Assembly (NCBI GenBank): GCA_964016885.1
Contig: OZ024741.1
Location: 258,478,001 to 258,542,000 of the forward strand
Reading direction: 5' to 3'
DNA: 64,000 nucleotides
From: Eledone cirrhosa
Taxonomy: Eukaryota
Shown here: piece by piece, positions 27,400-38,800 of the stretch
How the letters are laid out: each line of letters opens with the position of its first letter
Position numbering within the stretch: position 1 is the stretch's first letter
The notes under the pieces: generated by a model
Databases searched by the model: none
What the model saw: only the letters and a program-made list of their open reading frames with translations
Told to the model about the DNA's origin: nothing
Program-made: the position numbers and the translations under genes

Positions 27400-28716
27400 G
27401 AGTGTTTTGACTTACGGTGTTTCGGCTTACAAGTTATTCGACATACGAGTGTTTCGACTTACGGGTGTTTCGACTTACGGGTGTTTCGACTTACGAGTGT
27501 TTCGACTTACGAGTGTTCTGACTTACGAGTGTTCTGACTTACGAGTGTTCTGACTTACGAGTGTTCCGACTTACGAGTGTTCCGACTTACGAGTGTTTTG
27601 ACTTACGAGTGTTCTGACTTACGAGTGTTCTGACTTACGAGTGTTCCGACTTACGAGTGTTCCGACTTACGAGTGTTTCGGCTTAGGAGTGTTTCGGCTT
27701 ACTAATGTTTTTACTTACGAGTGTTTCGGTGTACGAGTGTTTCGACTTAAGGATGTTTCGACTTACGAGTGTTTCGACTTGCGAGTGTTTCGACTTACGA
27801 GTGTTTTGGCTTACGAATGTTTTGACTTACGGGTGTTTCGACTTACGGGTGTTTCGGCTTACGAGTGTTTCGACTTACGAGTGTTTTGACTTACGAGTGT
27901 TCTGACTTACGAGTGTTCCGACTTACGAGTGTTCCGACTTACGAGTGTTTCGGCTTACGAGTGTTTCGGCTTACGAGTGTTTCGGCTTACGAGTGTTTTG
28001 ACTTACGAGTGTTCTGACTACGAGTGTTCTGACTTACGGGTGTTCTGACTTACGAGTGTTCCGACTTACGAGTGTTTCGGCTAATGAGTGTTTCGACTTA
28101 CGGGCGTTTCGACTTACGGGTGTTTCGACTTACGAGTGTTTTGACTTACGAGTGTTCAGACTTACGAGTGTTCTGACTTACGAGTGTTCCGACTTACGAC
28201 TGTTTCCACTTACGAGTGTTTTGACTTACGAGTGTTCTGACTTACGATTGTTTCGGCTTACGGGTGTTTCGACGTACGAGTATTTTTGGCTTACGAGTGT
28301 TTCGACTTACGAGTGTTTTGAATTACGATTGTTTCGGCTTACGAGTATTTCGACTTACGAGTATTTCGACGTACGAGTTTTTTTTACTTACGGTGTTTCG
28401 GCTTACGAGTGTTTCGACTTATGAGTGTTTCGACTTACGAGTGTTCTGACTTACGAGTGTTTTGACTTACGGTGTTTCGGCTTACAAGTTATTCGACATA
28501 CGAGTGTTTCGACTTACGGGTGTTTCGACTTACGGGTGTTTCGACTTACGAGTGTTTCGACTTACGAGTGTTCTGACTTACGAGTGTTCTGACTTACGAG
28601 TGTTCTGACTTACGAGTGTTCCGACTTACGAGTGTTCCGACTTACGAGTGTTTTGACTTACGAGTGTTCTGACTTACGAGTGTTCTGACTTACGAGTGTT
28701 CCGACTTACGCGTGTT
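27400..28716. repeat. Terminal ~260 bp of satellite A is a copy of ~27400-27661 (offset 1055)
   Basis: The rare variant TACAAGTTATTCGACATACG occurs at ~27428 and ~28483, followed by the same order of monomer variants up to the junction. Confidence 0.85.
28712..28716. other. Junction between satellite A and satellite B (5-bp microhomology GTGTT)
   Basis: ...CCGACTTACGC[GTGTT]GTAGTTGTTGCTGTTTTCTCTGTCAGTGCCAGT...; GTGTT is in register with both consensus units. Confidence 0.92.
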
Positions 28717-31700
28717 GTAGTTGTTGCTGTTTTCTCTGTCAGTGCCAGTGTTGTTGTAGTTGTTGCTGTTTTCTGTGTCAGTGCCAGTGTTGTTGTTGTT
28801 GCTGTTTTCTGTGTCAGTGCCAGTGTTGTTGTTGTTGCTATTTTCACTGTCAGTGCCAGTGTTGTTGCTGTTGCTGTTTTCTCTGTCAGTGCCAGTGATG
28901 TTGTAGTTGTTGCTGTTTTCTGTGTTAGTGCCAGTGTTGTTGTAGTTGTTGCTGTTTTCTGTGTCAGTGCCAGTGTTGTTGCTGTTGCTGTTTTCTGTGT
29001 CAGTGCCACTGTTGTTGTTCCTGTTTTCTGTGTCTGTGCCAGTGTTGTTGTTGTTGCTGTTTTCTCTGTCAGTGCCAGTGTTGTTGTTGTTGTTTTCTCT
29101 GTCAGTGCCAGTGTTGTTGTTGTTGCTGTTTTCTCTGTCAGTGCCAGTGTTGTTGTTGCTGTTTTCTCTGTCAGTGCCAGTGTTGTTGTTGTTGCTGTTT
29201 TCTGGGTCAGTGCCAGTGTTTTTGTTGTTGCTGTTTTCTCTGTCAGTGCCAGTGTTGTTGTAGTTGTTGCTGTTTTCTCTGTCAGTGCCAGTGTTGTTGT
29301 AATTGTTGCTGTTTTCTGTGTCAGTGCCAGTGTTGTTGCTGTTGTTGCTGTTTTCTCTGTCAGTGCCAGTGTTGTTGTTGCTATTTTCACTGTCAGTGCC
29401 AGTGTTGTTGTAGTTGTTGCTGTTTTCTGTGTCAGTGCCAGTGTTGTTGTAGTTGTTGCTGTTTTCTCTGTCAGTGCCAGTGTTGTTGTAGTTGTTGCTG
29501 TTTTCTGTGTCAGTGCCAGTGTTGTTGCTGTTGTTGCTGTTTTCTGTGTCAGTGCCAGTGTTGTTGTTGTTGCTGTTTTCTGTGTCAGTGCCAGTGTTGT
29601 TGTTGCTATTTTCACTGTCAGTGCCAGTGTTGTTGTAGTTGTTGCTGTTTTCTGTGTCAGTGCCAGTGTTGTTGTTGTTGCTGTTTTCTCTGTCAGTGCC
29701 GGTGTTGTTGTTGTTGCTGTTTTCTGTGTCAGTGCCAGTGTTGTTGTTGTTGCTGTTTTCTGTGTCAGTGCCAGTGTTGTTGTTGTTGCTGTTTTCTGTG
29801 TCAGTGCCAGTGTTGTTGTTGTTGCTGTTTTCTGTGTCAGTGCCAGTGTTGTTGTAGTTGTTGCTGTTTTCTGTGTTAGTGCCAGTGTTGTTGTAGTTGT
29901 TGCTGTTTTCTGTGTCAGTGCCAGTGTTGTTGCTGTTGCTGTTTTCTCTGTCAGTGCCAGTGTTGTTGTAGTTGTTGCTGCTTTCTCTGTCAGTGCCAGT
30001 GTTGTTGTAGTTGTTTCTGTTTTCTGTGTCAGTGCCAGTGTTGTTGTTGCTGTTTTCTCTGTCAGTGCCAGTGTTGTTGTAGTTGTTGCTGTTTTCTGTG
30101 TCTGTGCCAGTGTTGTTGTTGTTACTGTTTTCTCTGTCAGTGCCAGTGTTGTTGTTGTTGTTTTCTCTGTCAGTGCCAGTGTTGTTGTTGTTGCTGTTTT
30201 CTCTGTCAGTGCCAGTGTTGTTGTTGCTGTTTTCTCTGTCAGTGCCAGTGTTGTTGTTGTTGCTGTTTTCTGTGTCAGTGCCAATGTTGTTGCTGTTGCT
30301 GTTTTCTCTGTCACTGCCAGTGTTGTTGTAGTTGTTGCTGTTTTCTCTGTCAGTGCCAGTGTTTTTGTAGTTGTTGCTGTTTTCTGTGTCAGTGCCAGTG
30401 TTTTTGTTGTTGCTGTTTTCTCTGTCAGTGCCAGTGTTGTTGTAGTTGTTGCTGTTTTCTCTGTCAGTGCCAGTGTTGTTGTAATTGTTGCTGTTTTCTG
30501 TGTCAGTGCCAGTGTTGTTGCTGTTGTTGCTGTTTTCTGTGTCAGTGCCAGTGTTGTTGTTGTTGCTGTTTTCTGTGTCAGTGCCAGTGTTGTTGTTGCT
30601 ATTTTCACTGTCAGTGCCAGTGTTGTTGTAGTTGTTCCTGTTTTCTGTGTCAGTGCCAGTGTTGTTGTTGTTGCTGTTTTCTCTGTCAGTGCCAGTGTTG
30701 TTGTAGCTGTTGCTGTTTTCTGTGTCAGTGCCAGTGTTGTTGTAGTTGTTGCTGTTTTCTGTGTCAGTGCCAGTGTTGTTGTAGTTGTTGCTGTTTTCTC
30801 TGTCAGTGCCAGTGTTGTTGTAGTTGTTGCTGTTTTCTGTGTCAGTGCCAGTGTTGTTGCTGTTGTTGCTGTTTTCTGTGTCAGTGCCAGTGTTGTTGTT
30901 GTTGCTGTTTTCTGTGTCAGTGCCAGTGTTGTTGTTGCTATTTTCACTGTCAGTGCCAGTGTTGTTGTAGTTGTTGCTGTTTTCTGTGTCAGTGCCAGTG
31001 TTGTTGTTGTTGCTGTTTTCTCTGTCAGTGCCAGTGTTGTTGTAGCTGTTGCTGTTTTCTGTGTCAGTGCCAGTGTTGTTGTAGTTGTTGCTGTTTTCTG
31101 TGTCAGTGCCAGTGTTGTTGTAGTTGTTGCTGTTTTCTCTGTCAGTGCCAGTGTTGTTGTAGTTGTTGCTGTTTTCTCTGTCAGTGCCAGTGTTGTTGTA
31201 GTTGTTGCTGTTTTCTGTGTCAGTGCCAGTGTTGTTGTTGTTGCTGTTTTCTCTGTCAGTGCCAGTGTTGTTGTAGTTGTTGCTGTTTTCTCTGTCAGTG
31301 CCAGTGTTGTTGTAGTTGTTGCTGTTTTCTGTGTCAGTGCCAGTGTTGTTGTAGTTGTTGCTGTTTTCTCAGTCAGTGCCAGTGTTGTTGTTGTTGTTGT
31401 TGCTGTTTTCTCTGTCAGTGCCAGTGTTGTTGTTGCTGTTTTCTCTGTCAGTGCCAGTGTTGTTGTTGTTGCTGTTTTCTGTGTCAGTGCCATTGTTATT
31501 GCTGTTGTTGCTGTTTTCTGTGTCAGTGCCAGTGTTGTTGTTGCTGTTGTTGCTGTTTTCTGTGTCAGTGCCAGTGTTGTTGTAGTTGTTGCTGTTTTCT
31601 CTGTCAGTGCCAGTGTTGTTGTAGTTGTTGCTGTTTTATCTGTCAGTGCCAGTGTTGTAGTTGTTGCTGTTTTATCTGTCAGTGCCAGTGTTGTTGTTGT

Positions 31701-31899
31701 TGTTGTTTTCTCTGTCAGTGCCAGTGTTGTTGTAGTTGTTGCTGTTTTCTCTGTCAGTGCCAGTGTTGTTGTAGTTGTTGCTGTTTTCTGTGTCAGTGCC
31801 GGTGTTGTTGTTGTTGCTGTTTTCTGTGTCAGTGCCAGTGTTGTTGTTGTTGCTGTTTTCTGTGTCAGTGCCAGTGTTGTTGTTGTTGCTGTTTTCTGT

Positions 31900-32810
31900 G
31901 TCAGTGCCAGTGTTGTTGTTGTTGCTGTTTTCTGTGTCAGTGCCAGTGTTGTTGTAGTTGTTGCTGTTTTCTGTGTCAGTGCCAGTGTTGTTGTAGTTGT
32001 TGCTGTTTTCTCTGTCAGTGCCAGTGTTGTTGTTGTTGCTGTTTTCTGTGTCAGTGCCAGTGTTGTTGTTGTTGCTGTTTTCTGTGTCAGTGCCAGTGTT
32101 GTTGTTGTTGCTGTTTTCTCTGTCAGTGCCAGTGTTGTTGTAGTTGTTGCTGTTTTCTCTGTCAGTGCCAGTGTTGTTGTAGTTGTTGCTGTTTTCTGTG
32201 TCAGTGCCGGTGTTGTTGTTGTTGCTGTTTTCTCTCTCAGTGCCAGTGTTGTTGTTGTTGCTGTTTTCTGTGTCAGTGCCAGTGTTGTTGTTGTTGCTGT
32301 TTTCTGTGTCAGTGCCAGTGTTGTTGTTGTTGCTGTTTTCTGTGTCAGTGCCAGTGTTGTTGTAGTTGTTGCTGTTTTCTGTGTCAGTGCCAGTGTTGTT
32401 GTAGTTGTTGCTGTTTTCTGTGTCAGTGCCAGTGTTGTTGTAGTTGTTGCTGTTTTCTCTGTCAGTGCCAGTGTTGTTGTTGTTGCTGTTTTCTGTGTCA
32501 GTGCCAGTGTTGTTGTTGTTGCTGTTTTCTGTGTCAGTGCCAGTGTTGTTGTTGTTGCTGTTTTCTCTGTCAGTGCCAGTGTTGTTGTAGTTGTTGCTGT
32601 TTTCTCTGTCAGTGCCAGTGTTGTTGTAGTTGTTGCTGTTTTCTGTGTCAGTGCCGGTGTTGTTGTTGTTGCTGTTTTCTCTCTCAGTGCCAGTGTTGTT
32701 GTTGTTGCTGTTTTCTGTGTCAGTGCCAGTGTTGTTGTTGTTGCTGTTTTCTGTGTCAGTGCCAGTGTTGTTGTTGTTGCTGTTTTCTGTGTCAGTGCCA
32801 GTGTTGTTGT
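31900..32810. repeat. 447-bp tandem duplication within satellite B
   Basis: Identical ORFs at 32183 and 32630. The rare pair GCCGGT...TTCTCTCTCAGT recurs at ~32210 and ~32655. Confidence 0.8.
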
Positions 32811-35800
32811 AGTTGTTGCTGTTTTCTGTGTCAGTGCCAGTGTTGTTGTAGTTGTTGTTGTTTTCTGTGTCAGTGCCAGTGTTGTTGTAGTTGTTGTTGC
32901 TTTCTCTGTCAGTGTCAGTGTTGTTGTAGTTGTTGCTGTTTTCTCTGTCAGTGCCAGTGTTGTTTTAGTTGTTGCTGTTTTCTGTGTCAATGCCAGTGTT
33001 GTTGTTGTTGCTGTTATCTCTGTCAGTGCCAGTGTTGTTGTAATTGTTGCTGTTTTCTGTGTCAGTGCCAGTGTTGTTGTAGTTGTTGCTGTTTTCTCTG
33101 TCAGTGCCAGTGTTGTTGTAGTTGTTGCTGTTTTCTGTGTCAGTGCCAGTGTTGTTGTTGCTGTTTTCTCTGCCAGTGCCATTGTTGTTGTAGTTGTTGC
33201 TGTTTTCTCTGTCAGTGCCAGTGTGGTTGTAGTTGTTGCTGTTTTCTGTGTCAGTGCCAGTGTTGTTGTAGTTGTTGCTGTTTTCTGTGTCAGTGCCAGT
33301 GTTGTTGTAGTTGTTGCTGTTTTCTCTGTCAGTGCCAGTGTTGTTGTTATTGTTGCTGTTTTGTCTGTCAGTGCCAGTGTTGTAGTTGTTGTTGTTTTCT
33401 CTGTCAGTGCCAGTGTTGTTGTAGTTGTTGCTGTTTTCTGTGTCAGTGCCAGTGTTGTTGTTGTTGCTGTTTTCTGTGTCAGTGCCAGTGTTGTTGTTGT
33501 TGCTATTTTCACTGTCAGTGCCAGTGTTGTTGCTGTTGCTGTTTTCTCTGTCAGTGCCAGTGATGTTGTAGTTGTTGCTGTTTTCTATGTTAGTGCCAGT
33601 GTTGTTGTAGTTGTTGCTGTTTTCTGTGTCAGTGCCAGTGTTGTTGCTGTTGATGTTTTCTCTGTCAGTGCCAGTGTTGTTGTAGTTGTTGCTGCTTTCT
33701 CTGTCAGTGCCAGTGTTGTTGTAGTTGTTTCTGTTTTCTGTGTCAGTGCCAGTGTTGTTGTTGTTGCTGTTTTCTCTGTCAGTGCCAGTGTTGTTGTTGT
33801 TGCTGTTTTCTCTGTCAGTGCCAGTGTTGTTGTTGTTGTTTTCTCTGTCAGTGCCAGTGTTGTTGTTGTTGCTGTTTTCTCTGTCAGTGCCAGTGTTGTT
33901 GTAGTTGTTGCTGCTTTCTCTGTCAGTGCCAGTGTTGTTGTAGTTGTTGCTGTTTTCTGTGTCAGTGCCACTGTTGTTGTTCCTGTTTTCTGTGTCTGTG
34001 CCAGTGTTGTTGTTGTTGCTGTTTTCTCTGTCAGTGCCAGTGTTGTTGTTGTTGTTTTCTCTGTCAGTGCCAGTGTTGTTGTTGTTGCTGTTTTCTCTGT
34101 CAGTGCCAGTGTTGTTGTTGCTGTTTTCTCTGTCAGTGCCAGTGTTGTTGTTGTTGCTGTTTTCTGTGTCAGTGCCAGTGTTGTTGCTGTTGCTGTTTTC
34201 TCTGTCACTGCCAGTGTTGTTGTAGTTGTTGCTGTTTTCTCTGTCAGTGCCAGTGTGTTTGTAGTTGTTGCTGTTTTCTGTGTCAGTGCCAGTGTTTTTG
34301 TTGTTGCTGTTTTCTCTGTCAGTGCCAGTGTTGTTGTAGTTGTTGCTGTTTTCTCTGTCAGTGCCAGTGTTGTTGTAATTGTTGCTGTTTTCTGTGTCAG
34401 TGCCAGTGTTGTTGCTGTTGTTGCTGTTTTCTGTGTCAGTGCCAGTGTTGTTGTTGTTGCTGTTTTCTGTGTCAGTGCCAGTGTTGTTGTTGCTATTTTC
34501 ACTGTCAGTGCCAGTGTTGTTGTAGTTGTTCCTGTTTTCTGTGTCAGTGCCAGTGTTGTTGTTGTTGTTTTCTCTGTCAGTGCCAGTGTTGTTGTAGCTG
34601 TTGCTGTTTTCTGTGTCAGTGCCAGTGTTGTTGTAGTTGTTGCTGTTTTCTGTGTCAGTGCCAGTGTTGTTGTAGTTGTTGCTGTTTTCTCTGTCAGTGC
34701 CAGTGTTGTTGTAGTTGTTGCTGTTTTCTGTGTCAGTGCCAGTGTTGTTGCTGTTGTTGCTGTTTTCTGTGTCAGTGCCAGTGTTGTTGTTGCTATTTTC
34801 ACTGTCAGTGCCAGTGTTGTTGTAGTTGTTGCTGTTTTCTGTGTCAGTGCCAGTGTTGTTGTTGTTGCTGTTTTCTCTGTCAGTGCCGGTGTTGTTGTTG
34901 TTGCTGTTTTCTGTGTCAGTGCCAGTGTTGTTGTTGTTGCTGTTTTCTGTGTCAGTGACAGTGTTGTTGTTGTTGCTGTTTTCTGTGTCAGTGCCAGTGT
35001 TGTTGTTGTTGCTGTTTTCTGTGTCAGTGCCAGTGTTGTTGTAGTTGTTGCTGTTTTCTGTGTCAGTGCCAGTGTTGTTGTAGTTGTTGCTGTTTTCTGT
35101 GTCAGTGCCAGTGTTGTTGTAGTTGTTGCTGTTTTCTCTGTCAGTGCCAGTGTTGTTGTTGTTGCTGTTTTCTGTGTCAGTGCCAGTGTTGTTATTGTTG
35201 CTGTTTTCTGTGTCAGTGCCAGTGTTTTGGTGTTGCTGTTTTCTCTGTCAGTGCCAGTGTTGTTGTAGTTGTTGCTGTTTTCTCTGTCAGTGCCAGTGTT
35301 GTTGTAGTTGTTGCTGTTTTCTGTGTCAGTGCCGGTGTTGTTGTTTTGCTGTTTTCTCTGTCAGTGCCAGTGTTGTTGTTGTTGCTGTTTTCTGTGTCAG
35401 TGCCAGTGTTGTTGTTGTCGCTGTTTTCTGTGTCAGTGCCAGTGTTGTTGTAATTGTTGCTGTTTTCTGTGTCAGTGCCAGTGTTGTTGTAGTTGTTGCT
35501 GTTTTCTCTGTCAGTGCCAGTGTTGTTGTAGTTGTTGCTGTTTTCTCTGTCAGTGCCAGTGTTGTTGTAGTTGTTGCTGTTTTCTCTGTCAGTGCCAGTG
35601 TTGTTGTAGTTGTTGCTGTTTTCTGTGTCAGTGCCAGTGTTGTTGTTGCTGTTTTCTCTGTCAGTGCCAGTGTTGTTGTAGTTGTTGCTGTTTTCTCTGT
35701 CAGTGCCAGTGTGGTTGTAGTTGTTGCTGTTTTCTGTGTCAGTGCCAGTGTTGTTGTAGTTGTTGCTGTTTTCTGTGTCAGTGCCAGTGTTGTTGTAGTT

Positions 35801-38800
35801 GTTGCTGTTTTCTGTGTTAGTGCCAGTGTTGTTGTTGTTGCTGTTTTCTGTGTCAGTGCCAGTGTTGTTGTTGTTGCTATTTTCACTGTCAGTGCCAGTG
35901 TTGTTGCTGTTGCTGTTTTCTGTGTCAGTGCCAGTGTTGTTGTTGTTGCTGTTTTCTGTGTCAGTGCCAGTGTTGTTGTAGTTGTTGCTGTTTTCTGTGT
36001 CAGTGCCAGTGTTGTTGTAGTTGTTGCTGTTTTCTGTGTCAGTGCCAGTGTTGTTGTAGTTGTTGCTGTTTTCTCTGTCAGTGCCAGTGTTGTTGTTGTT
36101 GCTGTTTTCTGTGTCAGTGCCAGTGTTGTTGTTGTTGCTGTTTTCTGTGTCAGTGCCAGTGTTGTTGTTGTTGCTGTTTTCTCTGTCAGTGCCAGTGTTG
36201 TTGTAGTTGTTGCTGTTTTCTCTGTCAGTGCCAGTGTTGTTGTAGTTGTTGCTGTTTTCTGTGTCAGTGCCGGTGTTGTTGTTGTTGCTGTTTTCTCTCT
36301 CAGTGCCAGTGTTGTTGTTGTTGCTGTTTTCTGTGTCAGTGCCAGTGTTGTTGTTGTTGCTGTTTTCTGTGTCAGTGCCAGTGTTGTTGTTGTTGCTGTT
36401 TTCTGTGTCAGTGCCAGTGTTGTTGTAGTTGTTGCTGTTTTCTGTGTCAGTGCCAGTGTTGTTGTAGTTGTTGTTGTTTTCTGTGTCAGTGCCAGTGTTG
36501 TTGTAGTTGTTGTTGCTTTCTCTGTCAGTGTCAGTGTTGTTGTAGTTGTTGCTGTTTTCTCTGTCAGTGCCAGTGTTGTTTTAGTTGTTGCTGTTTTCTG
36601 TGTCAATGCCAGTGTTGTTGTTGTTGCTGTTATCTCTGTCAGTGCCAGTGTTGTTGTAATTGTTGCTGTTTTCTGTGTCAGTGCCAGTGTTGTTGTAGTT
36701 GTTGCTGTTTTCTGTGTCAGTGCCAGTGTTGTTGTAGTTGTTGCTGTTTTCTCTGTCAGTGCCAGTGTTGTTGTAGTTGTTGCTGTTTTCTCTGTCAGTG
36801 CCAGTGTTGTTGTAGTTGTTGCTGTTTTCTGTGTCAGTGCCAGTGTTGTTGTTGCTGTTTTCTCTGCCAGTGCCATTGTTGTTGTAGTTGTTGCTGTTTT
36901 CTCTGTCAGTGCCAGTGTGGTTGTAGTTGTTGCTGTTTTCTGTGTCAGTGCCAGTGTTGTTGTAGTTGTTGCTGTTTTCTGTGTCAGTGCCAGTGTTGTT
37001 GTAGTTGTTGCTGTTTTCTCTGTCAGTGCCAGTGTTGTTGTTATTGTTGCTGTTTTGTCTGTCAGTGCCAGTGTTGTAGTTGTTGTTGTTTTCTCTGTCA
37101 GTGCCAGTGTTGTTGTAGTTGTTGCTGTTTTCTGTGTCAGTGCCAGTGTTGTTGTTGTTGCTGTTTTCTGTGTCAGTGCCAGTGTTGTTGTTGTTGCTAT
37201 TTTCACTGTCAGTGCCAGTGTTGTTGCTGTTGCTGTTTTCTCTGTCAGTGCCAGTGATGTTGTAGTTGTTGCTGTTTTCTATGTTAGTGCCAGTGTTGTT
37301 GTAGTTGTTGCTGTTTTCTGTGTCAGTGCCAGTGTTGTTGCTGTTGATGTTTTCTCTGTCAGTGCCAGTGTTGTTGTAGTTGTTGCTGCTTTCTCTGTCA
37401 GTGCCAGTGTTGTTGTAGTTGTTTCTGTTTTCTGTGTCAGTGCCAGTGTTGTTGTTGTTGCTGTTTTCTCTGTCAGTGCCAGTGTTGTTGTTGTTGCTGT
37501 TTTCTCTGTCAGTGCCAGTGTTGTTGTTGTTGTTTTCTCTGTCAGTGCCAGTGTTGTTGTTGTTGCTGTTTTCTCTGTCAGTGCCAGTGTTGTTGTAGTT
37601 GTTGCTGCTTTCTCTGTCAGTGCCAGTGTTGTTGTAGTTGTTGCTGTTTTCTGTGTCAGTGCCACTGTTGTTGTTCCTGTTTTCTGTGTCTGTGCCAGTG
37701 TTGTTGTTGTTGCTGTTTTCTCTGTCAGTGCCAGTGTTGTTGTTGTTGTTTTCTCTGTCAGTGCCAGTGTTGTTGTTGTTGCTGTTTTCTCTGTCAGTGC
37801 CAGTGTTGTTGTTGCTGTTTTCTCTGTCAGTGCCAGTGTTGTTGTTGTTGCTGTTTTCTGTGTCAGTGCCAGTGTTGTTGCTGTTGCTGTTTTCTCTGTC
37901 ACTGCCAGTGTTGTTGTAGTTGTTGCTGTTTTCTCTGTCAGTGCCAGTGTGTTTGTAGTTGTTGCTGTTTTCTGTGTCAGTGCCAGTGTTTTTGTTGTTG
38001 CTGTTTTCTCTGTCAGTGCCAGTGTTGTTGTAGTTGTTGCTGTTTTCTCTGTCAGTGCCAGTGTTGTTGTAATTGTTGCTGTTTTCTGTGTCAGTGCCAG
38101 TGTTGTTGCTGTTGTTGCTGTTTTCTGTGTCAGTGCCAGTGTTGTTGTTGTTGCTGTTTTCTGTGTCAGTGCCAGTGTTGTTGTTGCTATTTTCACTGTC
38201 AGTGCCAGTGTTGTTGTAGTTGTTCCTGTTTTCTGTGTCAGTGCCAGTGTTGTTGTTGTTGTTTTCTCTGTCAGTGCCAGTGTTGTTGTAGCTGTTGCTG
38301 TTTTCTGTGTCAGTGCCAGTGTTGTTGTAGTTGTTGCTGTTTTCTGTGTCAGTGCCAGTGTTGTTGTAGTTGTTGCTGTTTTCTCTGTCAGTGCCAGTGT
38401 TGTTGTAGTTGTTGCTGTTTTCTGTGTCAGTGCCAGTGTTGTTGCTGTTGTTGCTGTTTTCTGTGTCAGTGCCAGTGTTGTTGTTGCTATTTTCACTGTC
38501 AGTGCCAGTGTTGTTGTAGTTGTTGCTGTTTTCTGTGTCAGTGCCAGTGTTGTTGTTGTTGCTGTTTTCTCTGTCAGTGCCGGTGTTGTTGTTGTTGCTG
38601 TTTTCTGTGTCAGTGCCAGTGTTGTTGTTGTTGCTGTTTTCTGTGTCAGTGACAGTGTTGTTGTTGTTGCTGTTTTCTGTGTCAGTGCCAGTGTTGTTGT
38701 TGTTGCTGTTTTCTGTGTCAGTGCCAGTGTTGTTGTAGTTGTTGCTGTTTTCTGTGTCAGTGCCAGTGTTGTTGTAGTTGTTGCTGTTTTCTGTGTCAGT

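Larger units (their letters stand above)
1..28716. repeat. Satellite A: tandem array of a 16-bp monomer (consensus GACTTACGAGTGTTTC), ~1,800 copies, running off the left edge of the window
   Basis: Uninterrupted head-to-tail 16-mers. Common variants are GGCTTAC, TACGGGT and TTCT/TTTT/TTCC in place of TTTC, with occasional 14-, 15- and 17-bp monomers. No unique sequence seen. Confidence 0.99.

Noticed and set aside
124-28449. Many short + strand ORFs (MFRLTSVSTYECFDLRV...)
   Set aside because: A 16-bp repeat yields the same 16-aa cycle in all three frames. Starts are mostly GTG/TTG within the repeat and ends are monomer variants that create TGA.
1-28716. Canonical CENP-B box or telomerase-made telomere repeat
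   Set aside because: TTCG-to-CGGG spacing is 5 bp rather than 7. There are no TTAGG(G) arrays, and kb-scale HOR copying of variants points to recombination rather than telomerase synthesis.
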